From Eledone cirrhosa (Eukaryota), in contig OZ024761.1 in NCBI GenBank assembly GCA_964016885.1, forward strand, positions 29,450,001 through 29,514,000: a stretch of DNA of 64,000 nt, written 5' to 3'. A model generated the notes under the pieces. The model had not been told where the DNA came from. It saw nothing but the letters and a program-made list of their open reading frames with translations, and did not search any database. Positions 56,161 through 64,000 of the stretch are shown piece by piece (position 1 is the stretch's first letter; each line of letters starts with the position of its first letter). Both the position numbers and the translations under genes were made by a program.

Positions 56161-58843
56161 AAAGATTCTGCAAATTCATTTCCCCACCCCTAACATAATA
56201 ATTATGGTAACAGCAACAACAACAACTACAATAAAGACAACAACATTAACAACATTAACAACAACAACAACAACATTAACAACAACAGCAGCAGCAGCAA
56301 GAGAATGGGTCCAGCCAGGCAGTCCAGCTGTAATAAAGATTGATTTTAGTTGATTGGAAGTGGCACGATCACTATAAAAGATATTGGAAATAGGTCAGCA
56401 TCGCGGAGAAATTCTTCTTTGAAGTGAAAAACCAAGATGAATAGTGATAAAAGAAGAGACAACAACAACAAAAACAATAAATCAAGAAAATAGAAATAAG
56501 AAAAAGTGACTTCTTCATTTTCCTATCTCAATTTATTTTGGAAATAGAGTTAGCTGTTTGTTGTGTGTGGTGTGTTTAGACACAGAATCTTGATTCAAAT
56601 ACATTTGGTTGGAATGGTATAGTGTTATATAGACTTGAGATAGAAACTGGGATTAAGGAGAGAGGGAGGGATAAAGGAGACAGAGAGAAGGTAATATATA
56701 TATATATAGAGAGAGAGAGAGGGAGAGAGAGAGAGAGAGAGAGTATATATATATAGGAGTTGGAGGAGAGAGGGTGAGAAGGATATATATATATATATAT
56801 AGGGACCAAGAAAGAGAGAGGGAGAAGCAACATGAGGAAGTAGAGAGAAAGAAACAGTGAGAGAGAGTGAGAGTGAAAGGCAGAGGAGCATGAAGAAAGG
56901 GAAAGACAAAGAGAGAGAGAGAGAAAGACAGAAGGAGCATGAATAAAGAGAAAGGTAAACAGAGAGAGTTAGGGATACAAAGAGAAAGAGTGGTACAAAG
57001 AAATACAGGGGAAGGGGAGGGAGAGAGGGAGAGATGGAGAGACAGAAAGAGGCAAGGAAAACAAGGAAGGACTAAAGAGAATAAAATTAGAAGAAAATAC
57101 AGACACACACACACACACACACACACAAATGACCACACACATGCGCACACACACAAATGACCACACACATCCACACACACAAATGACCACACACATGCGC
57201 ACACACACAAATGACCACACACATCCACACACACACACATCCACACACAAAAATGACCACGCACACATCCACACACACACATCCACACACAAAAATGACC
57301 ACACACACAACCACACACAAAAATGACCATACACAGATACACACACTCAAATGACCACACACATAAATGACTGCCCAAACACACACACATGCTCATACAC
57401 ACAAGCATAAATAAATAGATAAATAAGCTATATGAGAAGATTCTGTGATAGCACAGTAATCCATTTACAGAGAGGAAAATCTATCAACAACAACAACTGC
57501 AACAACTATTGCACATCTCTAGACTCTTTAACCAATAATGGTTTTATAATTTAGGCACAAGGCCAGCAATTTTAGTGAGGAAGGAGTTAATCAACCTCAG
57601 TACTTTGCTGGTATTTTATTTCATCTATCCTAGAAGGATGAAAGATAAAGTTTACCATTCCAATAAAGACTTGTAACAGCGTGGGATTAAAACAATGTTG
57701 GTACATTGCAGCTACACACTCTCTCTCTCCTTTTCTTTCAAATACAGTTGCAGCTACTCTCTCTTCTCTCTCCCCTCTCTCTCTCTCTCTCCTTCACATA
57801 TTGTTAAAGCAACTCTCTCTCTCTTTCACATACAATTCCAGCTACTTTCTCTCTCTCCTTTTCTTCCAAATACAATTGCAGTTACTCTCTCTCTCACATA
57901 TTGTTGCAACTACTCTCTCCCCCTTCTCTCGTTCTCTCTCTCTCTTTCAAATACAGTTGCAGTTACTCTTACTCTTTCACACACTCACACACCCTCAAAC
58001 ACACACTCTCTCTCTCTCTCTCTCACACACACACATACACACTCACACATACCCCTATCCCAGTGTGACAAATATTTTACACAAAGTGTACTACAACTTA
58101 GCTATAAGAAGATGATAGACAGCCAAGCTATAAAATATACATATTGGTGTTTTATATAATGGAAAGGAATTAGCCAGAGTTACTCTTTTTCAAGACTTTG
58201 TCTCTATATAATACATTGAAAATAGTAAATGACAAGATGGAATTTGGTAAAGAAGAATCTCCATTCTTTGCTCTTTTATTTATCTTATTTATTTATATTT
58301 CAGAGATAATAAACAAACATACAATTGCTTAGTTTTATGCAATGGTGTCTCTCTCAGACTTTGCTTTTGAAATCAAATTAATAAATATAAATTAAAGGAG
58401 AATAAACACACACACACACGTGTGTGTGTATATATATATACACATATATATATACAAACGTATATGTCTGTAAACATACACACACGCATGGCTTTTGCAT
58501 AAAAACGATAGATAGATAGATTGAGAGTTAGCTATATATATATATATATATATGCAGAGGTTATATTTAATTTGTTGGGATTCAACAAGCTTAAAAATTA
58601 TATATATATATATATATATATAAAGAAAGAGAGAGAGAGAGAGGTGGAGGAGAGATACACGCACGCACGCACACGCACACACACACACTGACACACACAC
58701 ATATGCCTGTCATCCCCAACAAAAAATAAATTCAGATTTTATTATATCAATGTTACAGGTTTTATCATTGGTTATCGAAATAAGACACTTGATTTTTCAC
58801 TGAAATTTACAACATAAAATATATACATATATATATATATATG

Positions 58844-58887
<44 letters not shown>

Positions 58888-59044
58888 CTACAAAAATTAT
58901 TATCTAAAAACAAAAGGAATTCAAGGAGCCCATGTCTGTGTGGCTGTGTGAGTGTTAGTACAGGCAAACAGCAAACCAATACACATAGACATATATATAT
59001 ATACATATGTGTGTATGTGTGTCATTCTGTGTGTATGTATATAG

Positions 59045-59114
<70 letters not shown>

Positions 59115-59814
59115 TATATATATATATATACACATATATATATACACACAATCACCCACGCATATATATATTTGTATATACATATTTGTATATTTATACA
59201 TATATATATATATATAAACACTCACACATATATATATAAACACACATATATACACACAACCACACATATATATACACATACTCACATATAAGAAGAATAT
59301 GAGTGTGAAGTGAGATGGAGTTGGAAGGAAGTCTTAGATTTATGTTCAAATGTGACAGCTTTTATCCCTTTCACTTCTACTACGACAGCAACCACAATCC
59401 CCACCACTGCCATCACCACTAATATTACCACCACCATCACCTCTAATACCACCACCACCACTAACACTAATGTATAAGCATAACCCAAATAAAAACGAAA
59501 GAAAGAAAGAAGGAACACAGACCCAACAAAGAAATTAATAAGAAGTCAATAGAATCCTCTAGAAATAATTCTGTGGAAGAGAAATGGAATGAATATCAAA
59601 TTTGTCTAATAATAATAAAAACAAAAAATAAAGCAATCTAGAAAAAGATTTATTAATTCAAATATTGATAGTATCTTTACTAATGGACAGATCATCATAG
59701 AAAACTTAAAATATTACAACAGACACAAACATACACCTAGTAGGCACCTCTTAACCCCTATATCCCCACCAACCCACTCCTGTCCACACCACCCTTATAC
59801 TGTGAACAAAACAT

Positions 59815-60460
59815 ATCCAGCCCACACTGTAAAGTGGTCATGTAGAAATCATGACAAAAAGGTACTCAGCCCACACTGTAAAGTAGTTGCATAGGAGTCA
59901 CAACAAAAAGCACCCAGTCCACACTGTAAAGTGACCGTGTAGGAGACATGACAAAAAGCACCCAGACCACACTGTAAAGTGGCCGTGTAGGAGACATGAC
60001 AAAAAGCACCCAGTCCACACTGTAAAGTGATCGTGTAGGAGACATGACAAAAAGCACCCAGTCCACACTGTAAAGTGATTGTGTAAGAGACATGACAAAA
60101 AGCACCCAATCCACACTGTAAAGTGATCATGTAGGAGACATGACAAAAAGCACCCAGTCCACACTGTAAAGTGATTGTGTAAGAGACATGACAAAAAGCA
60201 CCCAGTCCACACTGTAAAGTGATGGTGTAGGAGACATGACTAAAAGCACCCAGTCCACACTGTAAAGTGATCGTGTAGGAGACATGACTAAAAGCACCCA
60301 GCCCACACTGTAAAGTGGTCGTGTAGGAGACATGACTAAAAGCACCCAGTCCACACTGTAAAGTGATCGTGTAGGAGACATGACTAAAAGCACCCAGCCC
60401 ACACTGTAAAGTGGTCGTGTAGGTGTCACAACAAAAAGCACCCAGTCCACATTGTAAATG
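59815..60460 (+). repeat. 48-bp tandem array (~13 copies) inside a SINE family B copy
   Basis: aaaaagcacccagtccacactgtaaagtgatcgtgtaggagacatgac; continues into the SINE 3' end at 60460-60620. Confidence 0.93.
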
Positions 60461-60675
60461 TGGTTAGCGCTAGGAAAGGCATCCAGCCGGAGAAACCTAA
60501 CCAGAAACAGTTCTACATTAGTAAGACATGGTCACCTGACCCAACTTGCCTCAAATGGGATAACCCATCTAACCCATGCTAACATGGAAAATGGATGTTA
60601 AACGATGACGATGATGATATACTTGAATATATATGAGGAGTGTGGCTCTGTGGTAAGGGTGTTGGACTTACGATC

Positions 60676-60870
60676 CTAATCATGTTTTCTGTTTAATTTT
60701 GGTTGGAGTTCCTTTATGTTTGTTGCCTCTGTAATCTGTCTGAGCATTGCATCTTTTCTGTGTGTTGATATAATTTTTATCTCTATGTTCTCTAGTGTGC
60801 CCCTATGTTCCTTTATGGCATGTTGGTGGAGTACTGATGCGTTTTTCCCATTGCTGTCTGATGAGATCAT
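60676..60870 (-). pseudogene. C-terminal fragment of a Penelope-like GIY-YIG endonuclease
   Basis: SVLHQHAIKEH..IKIISTHRKDAMLRQITEATNIKELQPKLN fits the S..H..H / R...EA..I....P.LN pattern of PLE GIY-YIG domains. Confidence 0.8.
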
Positions 60871-61898
60871 GGGAATGGTTACATAATCAAATGACCATGA
60901 TAGTCATTGATGTATGTATCACAGCTTTATTAATAACGGACTCTTTAACATCTACAACTTTGCATTTTCCTCATTCTATATATATATATATAAAAATTAG
61001 TATTGGTGCACTGAAATAGCGATGTGTATATGAATGTACATACAGTATATTTAATAATATACTGTATGTTTATTTTAAAATATTTTGAAGGCCATTCGGT
61101 ATGAATTTTAAAGTAATGACTAACGTCACATACGTAGTCTCGGCAAACGCAAAGCAGAGTAATCGATGGTGACCATTTCTCACTTGTAAGTGGTTGTCAA
61201 GACTACATACCCCTTTGCTGAGAATTATAGAAGCTGGATTCTTATAGGTGTAAATTAATTCCAGGATTAATCATTAATTGATCGTTCCTCAGGCTGATTG
61301 ACAGTGAAACATATGTGATATGTAATTAAATATATATATAATGCAACACCGATTCTTTGTTCCATTATATATTACTATTATATATATATGGATTTTAGTC
61401 TTCACATTTATTATTATTACTATATATATTTATATATATATAAATCCATACAATACTTAATTATTTAGCTAGACAATACAGGTATGTAAACAAGCAATTG
61501 AGGTTTTCCTCAATCATGTTGACAAAGACACAAACAAAATGATAATATACAAAACAAACATAAAATAAAACTCCAAAAAACAGTAAAGAAGAACATAAAA
61601 AAACTGTAATTTTTGACTTATTAAATTTCCTATTGTTATTTAAGAAATTCTTTTAAAAAAAGGAGAAAATGGAGCTTCATTACGACTATTTACACAGCCA
61701 TGTTTAACTAATCTTATTCACTGACTGGAACAAGAGCTTGTTAAGGCTCACACTTTGGTCTTGGAATCAACCAGTCAACTTTATTATTTTGTTGGAGTTT
61801 TGGAGAGGGGGTGGTTTTGTTTGTTTTTGTAAATTTTACTCCTTCTCACAATCCAACTGCTTTTTCCTCTCCGTATGAACATCTGCATGTGTGTATGA

Positions 61899-61982
<84 letters not shown>

Positions 61983-62719
61983 GTGTGTGTGTGTGTGTAT
62001 GTATGCAAGCATGGAAAAATAGATGTAAAATGCTGATGAAGCTATATATATATTCACCTGAAGAAATGGGGGAAAATAGTAAGCTGTAAGAAGCAATGGA
62101 GGGAAGTCCTAATGGCATACAATAACTAACTATAATTTACAATATGTATTGAATAGTTACTGTAATTTAGTGTAAACATCAGCACAGAATACAATTCCTA
62201 TTTCTACTTTAGCTGGTAAAGCTCTTTATTTCACCAATTGCATGTTGGCTCAATTTGTTACCAATATTTTTGCAATGTTTATCTTAATGGCACTTTATAT
62301 GAGTTCCATGCAGCTGTGACTTACATTTATATTTTGCTTGTTGAACAGTTAATGGTATCTACAGCTGATTAGGAAATATTTTCTGACCAAAAACGAGAAA
62401 ACATTTTGCAACAATTGTTTCTACTTCAATGTTGTATGTATGGAAGATTGTACCATTTTACTTCCTTGGTAATGTTGTTATGTACTTAAATCTGTATTAG
62501 TATCAGTTGTGTGTTAGGGTCTCATTTAGTTCTCAGCAGCCCTGTTAAATGTGGCTTCAGCTAAGAATAATAAATCTAGGATAATTCATCTACAATTCAT
62601 CTATGAAAGTTCATTTATGGAAATTATATCTTCAAAAATAATTTAGAGGTAAAAAAAAAACAGATTTACCTACTATGGTATTTTTGCATGTCTAAACAAA
62701 ATTTAGTAGTTTAAATTGA

Positions 62720-62917
62720 TTTAAAATTTTTGTATTTACATTATTCTATATTTACTATTGTATTTTGGCAGTAAAGGCTGTATCTCACATATCGAATCTA
62801 TGAGATTTTGATATTTATTTTGAGAATAATAACTTAACATTGGTATAAGTGGCCAGTTTGAACAGAAAGAGGTCAGAGAATTTTGTCCAGATACAGTTGG
62901 TTTAAATGCTAAAAGGT
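62720..62917. mobile_element. piggyBac-type MITE PB-A (decayed left end)
   Basis: Body matches 1852-2057; ends taaatgctaaaagg-ttaa. Confidence 0.8.
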
Positions 62918-63130
62918 TAAAAGTGTTGCCTTCATAATCTCCAGTATCTATGCAATTTCAGTCACAAGGCTTGGGTTAACCCAAAGCTAGAGTAAATGAC
63001 ACTTTCTCCATATGTGAAGTCAGAGCTGCTTCATTTTTTTTAACCCTTTCCTTGCCATATTATCAATTGAAAGACACCACCTCTGATTTTGAAATCATTT
63101 AAAAAATAATCTAGTATTTGGAAGTATTTA

Positions 63131-63349
63131 CTGTATATACTCGAATATAAGCCGAGAAATGTTTAACCAAAAAAATCAATGGTAGAAGGGGAGGGGGTAC
63201 CTTATTAATTGGGGGGGGGGTCAATATTTTGATGATTTTCACTAACTTCAAATTCTATGTAAATAAGGTTTGGATTTTTGCCCATTTCTCAGACATAAGA
63301 CACTGAAGTCTGCTTATATTCACATCAGCTTATATTTCAATGTATACAG
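63131..63349. mobile_element. Tc2/pogo-type MITE
   Basis: TA-flanked TIRs ctgtatatactcgaatataagc / gcttatatttcaatgtatacag. Confidence 0.75.
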
Positions 63350-63356
63350 TAATAAT

Positions 63357-63543
63357 TGTTTCTACTTTTGGCACAAGGCCAGCAATTACCCAGTACATTA
63401 CTGGTACTTTATTTTATCGACCCTGTAAGGATGAAAGGCAAAGTTAACCTCGGCGGGATTTGAACTCAGACTGTAAAGGGATGTAACTATGCTAGAAAGC
63501 ATGGCGTCCAACCCTCTACCGATACTGCAAATACACCCCGCCC
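63357..63543 (-). mobile_element. SINE family A with 16-bp TSD
   Basis: TSD tgtatacagtaataat at 63341-63356 and 63544-63559. Confidence 0.92.
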
Positions 63544-64000
63544 TGTATACAGTAATAATATAAGTAACTTTCTCATTTTTGAGCTGATGTTTAGAACTTA
63601 AAGATTCTATCATAAAATTATGATAGGTTTTTAGAAAGACATAAGCATTCTGATACAAACAGCTTTGTATGATAAGACCAGGGCAGTTTCAAGAAGTTTG
63701 GTATTGCGAGGGTTAACACAGGTCCCTTCACAGAATTATGATAGAAGGTTTTTAGAAAGATATAAATACTTTAGAGTAAATAGTCTTGTATCATAGAACC
63801 AGTCAGTTGTAGTTGCTGTTGTTATTGTTGTTGCTGTTGTTATTGTTGTTGCTGTTATAGTTGCTGTTATTGGTGTTGTTATACTTGCTCTTGTTATTGT
63901 TGCTGTTATAGTTGGTGTTGTTATAGTTGTTGCTGTATCTGTGTAATTCCCATACAGATTATATTCACTATATAAATTCAAGAAGCTCAAACTCCACTCA

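Larger units (their letters stand above)
63044..63712. mobile_element. Old piggyBac-type MITE hosting two nested insertions
   Basis: ttaa-ccctttccttgcca ... tggtattgcgaggg-ttaa; right part similar to ~280-440 and 53520-53890. Confidence 0.55.

Overview
Repeat-saturated eukaryotic (animal) DNA with no recognisable host protein-coding exon. The SINE families, MITEs and extreme (TA)n/(CA)n/(ACC)n density suggest a cephalopod (Octopus-like) intron or intergenic region; that assignment is inference. Almost all listed ORFs are microsatellite artefacts. Real content: two tRNA-derived SINE families, truncated LINE 3' ends (L1/Tx1, RTE, Vingi/RTE-X-like), piggyBac-, Tc1/mariner- and Tc2-type MITEs, and several young satellites built from transposon pieces, including a 22 x 123 bp array from an RTE ORF with an 8-unit higher-order duplication. 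The most striking signal is a set of short elements in (TA)n tracts sharing one architecture: inverted arm / arm / single-copy tail. Most carry whole or partial type I hammerhead ribozyme motifs, and their fold-back points fall in or next to the ribozyme. With a GIY-YIG fragment at 60.7 kb, this points to several families of microsatellite-targeting Penelope-like retroelements. Repeat boundaries were read by eye and are approximate.
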